A DNA stretch of 64,000 bases. It comes from Acetofilamentum sp. Its GTDB lineage: Bacteria > Bacteroidota > Bacteroidia > Bacteroidales > DYOH01. Where the stretch lies: NCBI GenBank assembly GCA_020720625.1, contig DYOH01000009.1, forward strand, positions 7,057 through 71,056, given 5' to 3'. A program made the position numbers and the translations under genes. Positions 30,177 to 40,220 of the stretch are shown piece by piece. Position 1 is the first letter of the stretch, and each line of letters opens with the position of its first letter. The notes below the pieces were generated by a model that had not been told where the DNA came from, searched no databases, and was given only the letters and a program-made list of their open reading frames with translations.

Positions 30177-31706
30177 ATGTTGAAAAAACTTCATGCATAC
30201 ATATTAAAGTCTTACATCGGCCCTCTCATAATGACTTTTGCCATAGCCTTGTTTATTCTATTACTTCAGTTTATATGGAAATACATTAATGAGCTAATAG
30301 GTAAAGGATTAGAGTGGAGTATTATATCCGAGTTATTAGTATATGCTGCTTCGGGGCTTGTTCCAATGGCTTTACCTTTGGCTATTTTGTTATCTTCGCT
30401 TATGCTTTTTGGTAATCTTGGCGAACACTACGAACTTACAGCCATGAAATCGGCCGGAATTTCTTTACAAAAAATAATGTCTCCTTTAATTGTACTTAGT
30501 ATTTTTATTAGCATTTTGGCTTTTTTGTTTTCCAACCATGTTTTGCCATATACGAATTTTAAAATGAATATGCTTTTCTACGATATCAGACATCAAAGGC
30601 CGGAGCTAAATATTCAGCCCGGGGTTTTTAACTATGATATTGAAGGATATGTACTTAAAGCAAAATCTAAAAATCAGCAAACCAATGTTCTTTATGATAT
30701 TTTAATCTACGACCATAAAAATTTTGGTAGAGGAAATACCAATGTAACCCATGCCGATAGCGGAATTATGGTGGTTACTACGGATAAAAAATATATGTTT
30801 ATTACCCTTTATAATGGCGAATCGTATCTGGAAGTAAAAGAAGATGAGCAAAACAAAAATAAATTTCCGCATAGAAACGATAAATTTGAGAAACAAACCG
30901 TTATATTAGAGCTTACCGGATTCGACTTTAATCGCACAGACGAAAGCTTATTCCGACAGAACTATCAGATGATGAGTATTGCACAACTCAATGTATCGTC
31001 TGACTCCCTGATAAAGGAATATGAATACGATAAAGCAAGAACCGAAAATACATTAATTACGGTAAACTATTTTAAAAACGCCAGAAAAATTGGTATCCCC
31101 AAACCAGATACCACCAATATTTCTCTCGTCGAAAATTTCAGACCCACAAGGGATGTTGTGTTCCGACACGAAAAACTAAACAATGAGCAGATTTTGCTTA
31201 ATATCGACAGCCTATTTAACGAATCGGCACCTAACAACAAAATGAAAATGATTGATTGGGCGACAAATTATGCCCGAGCGAGTAAAAGTTATATCGACGA
31301 TTCTGATGAAAGACTCTCCAGAAAACAAAAAGAAATTAACCGATACCACATTGCCTGGCATCAGAAATATAGTTTGTCTTTTGCCTGTTTAATATTCTTT
31401 TTTATTGGTGCTCCCCTTGGGGCTATTATCAGAAAAGGTGGCTTTGGAATGCCTGTTGTTGTATCTGTATTTATTTTTATCATTTACTACATCATTTCGC
31501 TTACCGGACTAAAATTTTCCAGAGAGAGTGTTGTGCCCGTTTGGACAGGAATGTGGGCTTCCTCTTTTGTGCTGCTCCCATTAGGAATTTGGCTTACTTA
31601 TAAAGCCACAACCGATTCCGGTTTGCTGAGCAAAGAAGCATACGCTAATTTTGTTCATAAGTTAGCTTCTATAGTTAAGGTATTTATAAAAGCCAAACAA
31701 AAATAA
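30177..31706 (+). CDS. LptF/LptG (YjgP/YjgQ) LPS export ABC permease
   Basis: MALPLAILLSSLMLFGNLGEHYELTAMKSAGISL and FFFIGAPLGAIIRKGG. Confidence 0.92.
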   Translation: MLKKLHAYILKSYIGPLIMTFAIALFILLLQFIWKYINELIGKGLEWSIISELLVYAASGLVPMALPLAILLSSLMLFGNLGEHYELTAMKSAGISLQKIMSPLIVLSIFISILAFLFSNHVLPYTNFKMNMLFYDIRHQRPELNIQPGVFNYDIEGYVLKAKSKNQQTNVLYDILIYDHKNFGRGNTNVTHADSGIMVVTTDKKYMFITLYNGESYLEVKEDEQNKNKFPHRNDKFEKQTVILELTGFDFNRTDESLFRQNYQMMSIAQLNVSSDSLIKEYEYDKARTENTLITVNYFKNARKIGIPKPDTTNISLVENFRPTRDVVFRHEKLNNEQILLNIDSLFNESAPNNKMKMIDWATNYARASKSYIDDSDERLSRKQKEINRYHIAWHQKYSLSFACLIFFFIGAPLGAIIRKGGFGMPVVVSVFIFIIYYIISLTGLKFSRESVVPVWTGMWASSFVLLPLGIWLTYKATTDSGLLSKEAYANFVHKLASIVKVFIKAKQK

Positions 31707-31709
31707 CAT

Positions 31710-32900
31710 GTGAGAATTCTACAAATTTGCAAAAAAATACCATTCCCAACCACCGATGGAGAAACGGTGGCTATTTGGGATATGACATGCGCAGCTTTAG
31801 CTAAAAATGCAAAAATTCATTTGATTTGTTTACAAACCGATAAACAGCCAAATATTAACGAAATTTCCTTCAGGCACGAAAATTTTAGCTATACACTGCT
31901 AAAGCATCAAACTAAAATAGTTTGGATGCAGTTATTTTTTTACGATTTTTTTTCTAAAACGCCTTACATCGCCCAACGGTTTATGAAAAAAAATCTAATT
32001 CCAGTAATAAAGAATAAAATTTCTGATTTTAAACCGGATGTGGTGCATATAGAAAGTTTATACATGGCTTGGCTAATGCCCCATTTTTCGGGAGTAAAAA
32101 AAATAGTTAGAACCCATAATATTGAGGCTGATATTTGGCAAAGCCGTGCAAATAAAGAGAAAAATCTTTTTAAAAAGATTTACTTTAGCTTTCTTTCGAA
32201 AAAGCTCCGAAAATACGAAATCAACACCCTAAAACATGCCGATTCGATTATATGCATCAGTAATAAGGAAAAAGAGTATTTTGCTGAAAATATTGAACAC
32301 TCCGAAGTAATCAGTTTGCCCACTTCTATAAAAATTCTTCCCCCCAAAGCAGCACCCGATTCGGAAAACTACCTTTTTTTTGGTGCCTTAGATTGGTTTC
32401 CAAACATAGATGCCCTTAATTGGTTGATAAAAATGGTATGGCCGCTAATTTTAGATAAGCAACATAAGGCAAAACTGCACATAGGCGGTAAAAATGCGGC
32501 AAAAAGAAACATTGACTTCTGGAAATCCATCCCAAACGTATATTTTCACGGCGAAATTGAAAATATTGAGACATTCTACAAAAATGGCTCAATCATGTTG
32601 GTTCCATTGTTTTCCGGAAGCGGCATTCGGATAAAAATCATTGAAGCACTTAGCATGCGTAAGGCCATTGTAGCTTCTCCAATGGCAATAGATGGTCTGC
32701 AATTAACCCACAACGAGCATTTATATGTGGCTGATAGTGCTCACGAATTTGCTGACGCAGCCATTCGTTTGTCAGATAATAATAATCTAAAAGCCAAATT
32801 TGCTGAAAACGGAATCAAGTATTTAGAAAGACATCATGCTCCCGAAAACATAGCCGAACAATTGCATAATCACTATAATAAACTGATTAATAATGATTAG
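31710..32900 (+). CDS. Glycosyltransferase family 4 (GT-B)
   Basis: P-F-P-x-x-DG, HNIE, GALDWFPN and PLFSGSGIRIKIIEAL. Confidence 0.88.
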   Translation: MRILQICKKIPFPTTDGETVAIWDMTCAALAKNAKIHLICLQTDKQPNINEISFRHENFSYTLLKHQTKIVWMQLFFYDFFSKTPYIAQRFMKKNLIPVIKNKISDFKPDVVHIESLYMAWLMPHFSGVKKIVRTHNIEADIWQSRANKEKNLFKKIYFSFLSKKLRKYEINTLKHADSIICISNKEKEYFAENIEHSEVISLPTSIKILPPKAAPDSENYLFFGALDWFPNIDALNWLIKMVWPLILDKQHKAKLHIGGKNAAKRNIDFWKSIPNVYFHGEIENIETFYKNGSIMLVPLFSGSGIRIKIIEALSMRKAIVASPMAIDGLQLTHNEHLYVADSAHEFADAAIRLSDNNNLKAKFAENGIKYLERHHAPENIAEQLHNHYNKLINND

Positions 32901-34074
32901 TGTTTACTTTGTTTTAAAATTTTGGTTTTGGTTTTTTATGCTGATTCTTGTTTATCATTATATCATTTTTCCCATTTTTCTAGCAGTACTGTCAAAATTT
33001 AAAAAACTAAAACTATCATCAGGAACAAATTTCTCGGCAGAAATAAGTATTCTCATACCGGCACACAACGAAGGGCAGGTAATTGAATCAAAATTATTGA
33101 GTATTTTAAACGGCCATTTTCCGCTAAACAAGATGGAAATTTTGATTGGCTCCGATGCATCTACAGACAATACCCTAGCGATATGTATGGAAATGGCAAA
33201 AAAATATCCGCAAATAAAAGTTTATAATTTCGAAAAACGAGCAGGAAAACCGGAAATCATCAACTACCTTAGTCAAATTGCATTAAATGAAATACTTATA
33301 ATTTCTGATGCCAATGTAATTTTTAATTCAACTACTTTAGAAAATCTTATCAAACCATTTGAAAACAGCCAAATAGGACTTTCAGAAAGTAAAACAGAGA
33401 ATCTAAAAGGAGAAAAAAAAGAAAGTTCGAAGCAAGAAAAAGCCTATATACGTATTGAACAATTTATCAAACAAAAAGAATCGGAAATATTCGGGCAAAT
33501 TATGGGGCCTTCGGGAACATGTTTTGCCATAAGAAAAAGCCTTTACAAACCGGTACCCGAAAATTTTTTGGTCGACGATTTTTTTATAAGCATGAACGTA
33601 TTGTTGCAGAAGCACTTTAGTGTTATTTCGAGTAACTCTATTGTTTACGAAGACCTGAGCAACCAATTGGAAGAACAATTTCGCCGAAAAAAAAGAATTG
33701 GCACAGGAAATTTTCAAAATCTTATCTACTTTAAACATTTACTCCATCCACGCTACAAAAGTATTGCCTTCTTGTTTTGGTCGCACAAAGTAATCAGATG
33801 GCTAAGTCCACTGTTTTTATTGCTCATTCTTTTGTTAAGTGTTTGTTTAGTTCATGAAACATATTTTAAATTATTTCTATATCTGTATTTATTCAGCATA
33901 TTTGCAGCATTATTCGACCTTGTTTTGAGTCGTTATCGCAAAGAAATATTACTTTTGCGTTTTATATCGCACTTTTACGCCATGAATAGTGCATTATTTT
34001 TAGGATTTGTAAATTATTTAAAAGGAGTAAAAACAAATGTCTGGCAACCAACAAAACGAAATCATGGAAAATGA
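32893..34074 (+). CDS. Glycosyltransferase family 2, membrane-bound (cellulose synthase/IcaA-like)
   Basis: [28 protein letters not shown] and SHKVIRW; N- and C-terminal TM helices. Confidence 0.88.
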   Translation: MISVYFVLKFWFWFFMLILVYHYIIFPIFLAVLSKFKKLKLSSGTNFSAEISILIPAHNEGQVIESKLLSILNGHFPLNKMEILIGSDASTDNTLAICMEMAKKYPQIKVYNFEKRAGKPEIINYLSQIALNEILIISDANVIFNSTTLENLIKPFENSQIGLSESKTENLKGEKKESSKQEKAYIRIEQFIKQKESEIFGQIMGPSGTCFAIRKSLYKPVPENFLVDDFFISMNVLLQKHFSVISSNSIVYEDLSNQLEEQFRRKKRIGTGNFQNLIYFKHLLHPRYKSIAFLFWSHKVIRWLSPLFLLLILLLSVCLVHETYFKLFLYLYLFSIFAALFDLVLSRYRKEILLLRFISHFYAMNSALFLGFVNYLKGVKTNVWQPTKRNHGK

Positions 34075-35329
34075 TTTCAAACTAAACACGATAGAAGAAG
34101 CCATTGATGATATTAGGGCAGGAAAAATAATCATCGTAGTGGATGATGAAAACAGGGAAAACGAAGGCGATTTTATTGCCTCGGCCGAGCTGGTTAGCCC
34201 CGAAATTATCAATTTTATGGCCACACACGGGCGTGGGTTAATCTGCACGGCTATACCCGAAGAAAGATGCAATGCCTTGAGCCTTGAGCTTATGGTTGGG
34301 AAAACCGGAAATACAGCCTTGCACGAAACTGCTTTTACCATTTCTGTAGATTTAATAGAAGGTACTAGTACCGGAATTTCTGCTCAGGATAGAGCTAAAA
34401 CTATTTCTGCCCTTGTAAATCCGGCCACTAAACCCGAAGATTTGGCTCGCCCGGGGCATGTTTTCCCGCTTAAAGCACGTAATAAAGGCGTTTTGAGAAG
34501 AGCCGGACACACTGAGGCTGCGGTTGATTTAACCAAACTTGCTGGTCTTTTGCCCGGTGGCGTTTTGGTTGAAATTATGAACGAAGACGGAACAATGGCC
34601 CGACTACCCGAATTGATAGAAGTGGCTAAAAAATTCAATCTTAAAATAATCAGTATTGAAGATTTAATTGCTTACCGACTAAAAAAAGAAAGCCTGATTG
34701 AAAGAGGTGTTAGAGTAAAATTACCTACCGAATACGGTAATTTTGATTTAGTTCCTTACAAACAAATTAGCAATGGTGTTGAACATGTAGCCCTCATTAA
34801 AGGGAACTGGCAGAACGAAGAACCAATTTTGGTAAGAGTACACAGCTCTTGCGTTACCGGAGATATTTTTGGATCGAAAAGATGCGATTGCGGCGATCAA
34901 CTGCATCATGCCATGCGAATGGTAGAAAAAGAAGGAAAAGGTGTTATTCTTTATATGAATCAGGAAGGACGAGGAATTGGTTTATTCAACAAAATTAAGG
35001 CATACAAACTCCAGGAAGAAGGACGAGACACAGTTGAGGCCAATATTGAACTCGGATTTCAGGACGATGAAAGAGATTACGGTGTTGGTGCTCAAATTTT
35101 GAGGGATTTGGGAATTACCAATATGCGTCTTATTACCAACAATCCGGTTAAAAGAATTGGATTAGAGGCCTATGGATTAAGCATTTCCGAAATTGTGCAT
35201 ATCGAAATTGAACCAAACCAGCATAATATGCTTTATCTTAAAACTAAAAGGGATAAAATGGGGCACTTTCTGGAATTGTACGAATACGATGAAAAAGAGC
35301 TTAAAGATTTAAAAATCGATAAAAAGTAG
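34064..35329 (+). CDS. ribBA: Bifunctional DHBP synthase / GTP cyclohydrolase II
   Basis: [43 protein letters not shown]. Confidence 0.97.
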   Translation: MENDFKLNTIEEAIDDIRAGKIIIVVDDENRENEGDFIASAELVSPEIINFMATHGRGLICTAIPEERCNALSLELMVGKTGNTALHETAFTISVDLIEGTSTGISAQDRAKTISALVNPATKPEDLARPGHVFPLKARNKGVLRRAGHTEAAVDLTKLAGLLPGGVLVEIMNEDGTMARLPELIEVAKKFNLKIISIEDLIAYRLKKESLIERGVRVKLPTEYGNFDLVPYKQISNGVEHVALIKGNWQNEEPILVRVHSSCVTGDIFGSKRCDCGDQLHHAMRMVEKEGKGVILYMNQEGRGIGLFNKIKAYKLQEEGRDTVEANIELGFQDDERDYGVGAQILRDLGITNMRLITNNPVKRIGLEAYGLSISEIVHIEIEPNQHNMLYLKTKRDKMGHFLELYEYDEKELKDLKIDKK

Positions 35330-35335
35330 TTTTTA

Positions 35336-35382
35336 TTGTCATCGGTTGAAAAAATAGTTTTTTACCATTCAACCGATGACAA
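35336..35382. repeat. Perfect 15-bp inverted repeat immediately after ribBA (terminator-like or REP-like hairpin)
   Basis: TTGTCATCGGTTGAA (35336-35350) / TTCAACCGATGACAA (35368-35382), 17-nt loop. Confidence 0.75.
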
Positions 35383-35656
35383 AATGATGAATTTCTGTTT
35401 TCTACATAAGCCTTCCGAAAATATCATATTTCTTTCCGCCAGCTATTACATATAAAATACTGCATAACAATTACTTATGTACTGCTGAAAAATATATAAT
35501 TATTTTTAAATCAATATTATAAATCAAATATTTGATACTTCAATGCAAGGTTTTTCACGCATATTGCTGTTTTTCATGCATTGATTCTTCATTTACAACA
35601 ATAAGCACTTAGAATTAATAGTGAGCATGTATTTTTTTAAGAGATATATTTATAAT

Positions 35657-35790
35657 TAGCCGTAGCATTTATGCTACGGTAAAATTTGACATCAATAATC
35701 GGCTTTAGCCTAAAAAATATCAATAATTTTTTGGCTAAAGCCCAGTATTATAATATATTCATGCATTCCGTAGCATAAATGCTACGGCTA
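35657..35790. repeat. REPIN/BIME-like nested palindrome element
   Basis: TAGCCGTAGCATTTATGCTACGG (35657-35679) and its exact reverse complement (35768-35790) enclose GGCTTTAGCC (35701-35710) / GGCTAAAGCC (35733-35742). Confidence 0.75.
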
Positions 35791-36007
35791 CTCATTGTCT
35801 CAATATACCAACCCAATTCAGCATATTTTCAAATTATTCATTGAAAAATATACCTAACTGAAAATAAATATTATGCTTTTGATTCTTGCACTTTTTGTTA
35901 CTATGCACTCTTTAATGAACTAAATACTTTCTCAGCAAACCCTACTTAATTCTACAAGTAAATAATAAAAAGCATCAGCGCTGAACAATAATACTTAAGC
36001 CAAAAAT

Positions 36008-37504
36008 TCAAAGGCTCTCTTTAAAATAATCAAAGGCTATTTGATCTTTTCTGTTTTTCGAAACCCAAGTTTTTTCGCTGTATTTCAGAATAAAATCGTT
36101 TAATTTTTCTTCGTATTCATCCTTATACGATTGGTCAAATTTTCGATAAGTATTAAACTTTACATCTTGGTTTAGCACATCAGAATGCTGATGAAGTAAT
36201 GGCCATATTTTTTCATCCATAGTAAGTAAAAAGCTGGTTTCCATGTTATTCTTAAATTCATGATTTAGATTGTGTTTGGCAATAATCATATCCCAATCGA
36301 AAGCTGCAAAAACCACAAAACCAATATAAAACGCCCAGGAATTTAAGCGGATAAGATAGAAAAGCGATTTGCCGTTAAGAATTTTCAATGCCAGGGTAAA
36401 TAATCCAAAAACAACCAAAGTTAGGAAAAAGAAAAGCCCAATGCGCAAATAAGCCAAACCAAAATAGTGAATATAATGAAGATTTCTGATTACTACCGAG
36501 ACCAACAAAATAAAGTTCTGAAAAATCCAAACAAAGCTTGCCAATTGCATTGCTTTTTTGGCCGGATAAAAATTAAGATTTTGTCGAAAAAAATAGAGCA
36601 TTATCGCCATAGAAAGCATGATGCTTAATATAAGTAAATAGGTGCCTTCGTGTACAAACTGTTTTAAATCGAAATCGTTTGTATAATCGAATCCAAACCA
36701 AATAGTTAGAATATCTATAGCATTTACAATGAAAAGTAAAATATTTACAGAAATAAGCAAAATCATGCCAGAACGAAACTCATTTTTTAGACTAGGCTTT
36801 AAGTTACGTTGCACCTGTTTATTTCTTAACCTTTGCACATCGTTGTTATATTTTTGCTCACTGAGCAGCAAATAGTTTCGTTGTTGCTTGCTAAAAAGCC
36901 AATATGTTGTAATAATTGCCCAAATAATAAACAATATCATCACAAACGAGATATCATGGAAAATATAGAGAAACCAATCGTTTATCTTTTGCAGAAATTC
37001 GCCCGAAATACGGCTAAATTCAGGCACGGCCCACTTATAAATAAAATAAAAAATAATAAAAAATATGGCTGGAATAATGGCGAGTTTAATCCATTTAAAA
37101 ACGAGTCTGCTCCTTAAGCTCCATGCAGAATAGCTCTTTTCGTGCTGACTAAGCACAGTGGCAAACGAAAAATAATCCCTTAAAGAAGACAAAAAAGCAT
37201 AAAGCGGTGTACGAAAACTATTCCAGTGCAAAAACGCCTGAAAAACTATAAGCGTAAATATCCAAACAACAATAACCAAAACAGATGCATGGTAGGAAAC
37301 AAAAAAACTGCTAAGGAGCACAGAAATAGCTGTGGTATAAAATCCAAAGCTCCGTTTTGTAATCTGTTCGCCCACCAGCAATGAGCTAATAAGCACAAAA
37401 ATACTATAGATTAATGCATTATAGCCAAGTGATTGCTTATAAAAAAGGAAAAAGAATACCAAACTGCCTAATAAAATTAACGGGAATCTCAATTTTCTTG
37501 TCAT
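36008..37504 (-). CDS. DUF4153/DUF4173-like integral membrane protein
   Basis: About 12 hydrophobic segments; VHEGTYLLILSI and RNLHYIHYFGLAYLRIG resemble the family pattern. Confidence 0.7.
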   Translation of the reverse strand: MTRKLRFPLILLGSLVFFFLFYKQSLGYNALIYSIFVLISSLLVGEQITKRSFGFYTTAISVLLSSFFVSYHASVLVIVVWIFTLIVFQAFLHWNSFRTPLYAFLSSLRDYFSFATVLSQHEKSYSAWSLRSRLVFKWIKLAIIPAIFFIIFYFIYKWAVPEFSRISGEFLQKINDWFLYIFHDISFVMILFIIWAIITTYWLFSKQQRNYLLLSEQKYNNDVQRLRNKQVQRNLKPSLKNEFRSGMILLISVNILLFIVNAIDILTIWFGFDYTNDFDLKQFVHEGTYLLILSIMLSMAIMLYFFRQNLNFYPAKKAMQLASFVWIFQNFILLVSVVIRNLHYIHYFGLAYLRIGLFFFLTLVVFGLFTLALKILNGKSLFYLIRLNSWAFYIGFVVFAAFDWDMIIAKHNLNHEFKNNMETSFLLTMDEKIWPLLHQHSDVLNQDVKFNTYRKFDQSYKDEYEEKLNDFILKYSEKTWVSKNRKDQIAFDYFKESL

Positions 37505-37593
37505 AGTAATTCGTATTTGCTTAAGAACGAAAAAAAAGCCAGTTTTTATACGCTAGTTAACAATTTTTGCCTGTTTTTAGTTGATTTTAAGAA

Positions 37594-37962
37594 TTAAACC
37601 AAAGTTTTTCCAAATGGAAACAAAGATAAACCGGCAAGCTTAATATGCTGCTGTGCAAATGGAATACCTATAATGGTGATGGCAAAAATGAACGCAAAAA
37701 CCAAATGTGTGATACTAATCCAAAAACCGCCAAGCAAAATCCACACGATATTCATAATTATATTCAGCAAACTGGAAGCCGAAGATTTGTCTTTTACTTC
37801 GGTGCCAAATGGCCATAAAGCCAATGCAGCAAATTTCAATGTTTGCACCCCAAATGGAATTCCAACAATGGTTATCATCATTAATAAACTGGCAATTAAA
37901 TATTCTAATGCGATAAATATTCCGCCAAAAACAACCCAAATAAGATTCCCGATAAATTTCAT
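37594..37962 (-). CDS. YccF-domain inner membrane protein
   Basis: Duplicated N-x-x-W-x-x-x-GG...ITI(V/I)GIPF...L(W/F)PFG repeat; start at MKFIGN. Confidence 0.92.
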   Translation of the reverse strand: MKFIGNLIWVVFGGIFIALEYLIASLLMMITIVGIPFGVQTLKFAALALWPFGTEVKDKSSASSLLNIIMNIVWILLGGFWISITHLVFAFIFAITIIGIPFAQQHIKLAGLSLFPFGKTLV

Positions 37963-37982
37963 ACAATATTTTTTTAGATGAT

Positions 37983-38010
37983 AAAAAAAGACCCGCAATT
38001 TGCGGGTCTT
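37983..38010 (-). terminator. Rho-independent terminator for dnaK
   Basis: Minus strand reads AAGACCCGCAAATTGCGGGTC followed by T7. Confidence 0.85.
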
Positions 38011-38030
38011 AATATAAACATAATTTTTTA

Positions 38031-39965
38031 TTATTTCACTTCTTCAAAGTCAACATCTGTAACATCGTCGTCTTTCTTTTTTTGCTGACCACCATTCGGG
38101 TTATTAAAATTCATATCCTGAAAGTTTGGCCCTTGGGCACCACCAGCACCACCACCGGCAGCATTCTGAGCATTATAAATATCCTGAGATGCAGCTTGAA
38201 ATACAGTATTTAATTCGGCAGTAGCAGCATCGATAGCGGCTAAGTCCTGACTTTTATGAGCTTCTTTGAGTTTTGCCAGAGCGGTTTCAATAGGAGCCTT
38301 TTTGTCGCCCGGAATTTTATCTCCATACTCTTTGAGTTGTTTTTCGGTTTGAAAAATCAGGCTGTCGGCAGCATTAACCTTGTCGATGCGTTCTTTGGCT
38401 TTACGGTCTTCTTCGGCATTTGCAGAGGCTTCGCGCTTCATTCGTTCAATTTCGTCCTGACTTAATCCAGATGATGCTTCTATTCTGATACTTTGGGTTT
38501 TTCCGGTACCTTTATCTTTGGCCGCAACATGCAAAATACCATTGGCATCTATATCGAAAATAACTTCGATTTGAGGTACACCGCGTTGTGCCGGTGGAAT
38601 TCCATCGAGATGAAAACGACCAATCGTTTTATTATCTCTTGCCAAGGAGCGCTCGCCCTGTAAAACGTGTATTTCTACTGAAGGCTGATTATCGGCTGCG
38701 GTTGTAAATACTTCGGTTTTCTTAGATGGAATAGTTGTATTTGATTCTATCAATTTGGTCATAACCCCACCCATGGTTTCAATACCTAAAGAAAGCGGAG
38801 TAACATCAAGCAACAAAACATCTTTAACTTCGCCGGTAAGCACACCGCCCTGAATTGCAGCACCTACGGCCACAACTTCGTCGGGATTAACGCCTTTTGA
38901 AGGTACCTTTCCAAAAAATTCTTCCACAACTTTCTGAATTGCAGGAATACGTGTAGATCCACCGACCAAAATCACTTCATCTATATCAGAAGAGGTCATT
39001 CCGGCATCTCTAAGCGCCAAACGGCATGGTTCAATAGTAGCCTGAATTAACTTATCGGCTAATTGCTCAAATTTTGCTCTGCTAAGCGTGCGTACAAGGT
39101 GTTTTGGAATACCATCAACAGGCATAATATAAGGCAAATTAATCTCAGTAGAGCTAGAGCTGGAAAGCTCAATCTTAGCTTTTTCGGCAGCCTCTTTTAA
39201 ACGCTGCAAAGCCATTGGGTCTCTACGTAAATCAATGTTTTCGTCTTTTTTAAATTCATCAGACAGCCAATCGATAATTACGTGGTCAAAATCGTCGCCA
39301 CCCAGATGCGTATCACCATTAGTAGATTTTACTTCAAATACACCATCGCCCAATTCAAGAATGGAAATATCAAAAGTACCGCCGCCAAGGTCAAAAACGG
39401 CTACTTTCATATCGCGATCCTTTTTATCGAGCCCATAAGCCAATGAGGCCGCTGTTGGTTCGTTGATAATACGGCGTACCTTCAGGCCGGCTATTTCGCC
39501 TGCCTCTTTAGTTGCCTGACGCTGTGCATCGTTAAAATAGGCTGGTACGGTAATTACTGCTTCGGTAACTTCTTGTCCCAGATAATCTTCGGCAGTTTTT
39601 TTCATCTTTTGCAAAATGATAGCAGATATTTCTTGGGGAGTATATTTTCTATCGTCTATTTCAACTCTAGGTGTATTATTCTCTCCTTGAACAACTTTAT
39701 AGGGCATTCTGGAAATTTCTTTACTTACGTTTCCAAAAGATTCACCCATAAAGCGTTTTATGGAGAAAACTGTTTTAGTTGGATTTGTAATTGCCTGACG
39801 TTTAGCAGGATCCCCAACTTTACGTTCACCATTTTCCAGAAATGCCACCATAGATGGCGTTGTTCTTTTTCCTTCGCTGTTTGGAATTACAACCGGCTCA
39901 TTTCCTTCCATTACGGCAACGCATGAGTTTGTTGTACCTAAATCTATACCAATAATTTTTCCCAT
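38031..39965 (-). CDS. dnaK: Chaperone DnaK (Hsp70)
   Basis: [26 protein letters not shown]-terminal DVDFEEVK. Confidence 0.99.
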   Translation of the reverse strand: MGKIIGIDLGTTNSCVAVMEGNEPVVIPNSEGKRTTPSMVAFLENGERKVGDPAKRQAITNPTKTVFSIKRFMGESFGNVSKEISRMPYKVVQGENNTPRVEIDDRKYTPQEISAIILQKMKKTAEDYLGQEVTEAVITVPAYFNDAQRQATKEAGEIAGLKVRRIINEPTAASLAYGLDKKDRDMKVAVFDLGGGTFDISILELGDGVFEVKSTNGDTHLGGDDFDHVIIDWLSDEFKKDENIDLRRDPMALQRLKEAAEKAKIELSSSSSTEINLPYIMPVDGIPKHLVRTLSRAKFEQLADKLIQATIEPCRLALRDAGMTSSDIDEVILVGGSTRIPAIQKVVEEFFGKVPSKGVNPDEVVAVGAAIQGGVLTGEVKDVLLLDVTPLSLGIETMGGVMTKLIESNTTIPSKKTEVFTTAADNQPSVEIHVLQGERSLARDNKTIGRFHLDGIPPAQRGVPQIEVIFDIDANGILHVAAKDKGTGKTQSIRIEASSGLSQDEIERMKREASANAEEDRKAKERIDKVNAADSLIFQTEKQLKEYGDKIPGDKKAPIETALAKLKEAHKSQDLAAIDAATAELNTVFQAASQDIYNAQNAAGGGAGGAQGPNFQDMNFNNPNGGQQKKKDDDVTDVDFEEVK

Positions 39966-40014
39966 TGTTGTTTTTATATTAATGTTTTACTTATTCTGAT
40001 TTTCTCAGAATAGG

Positions 40015-40030
40015 TCAATCATTATGCCAG
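40015..40030 (-). promoter_or_regulatory. Putative sigma54-type -24/-12 element upstream of dnaK
   Basis: Minus strand CTGGCATAATGATTGA has exact GG-N10-G spacing (A instead of C at -12), about 50 nt upstream of the ATG. Confidence 0.5.
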
Positions 40031-40220
40031 CGTAGAAACAGTTTTATTGCAAAAGCAATTCAATCTATTTATAATCAATAATTTAATTGAAAATATATTT
40101 TTTATTGCAAAAGTATCATTTCCTTATACTGACAGATTTTTTAAAATTTTTCTGCAAATCTGTCAATAACAAAGGCCTAAAGCAAAGAATATCTGCCATT
40201 ACTGCCGACAAATTGTCAGA

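Noticed and set aside
33950..34064. FMN riboswitch upstream of ribBA
   Set aside because: The upstream sequence is GT2 coding sequence that overlaps the start; no RFN consensus is visible.
35657..35790. Mini CRISPR array
   Set aside because: The repeats are inverted rather than direct, there are only two units, and no cas genes are in the window.
35610..35954. Possible larger MITE enclosing the REPIN (TAGAATTAATAG at 35610-35621 versus CTACTTAATTCTA at 35942-35954)
   Set aside because: Short, AT-rich and needs a gap, so it could easily arise by chance; would need genome-wide copies to support it.
39966..40220. CIRCE (HrcA) operator upstream of dnaK
   Set aside because: No TTAGCACTC-N9-GAGTGCTAA match was found.
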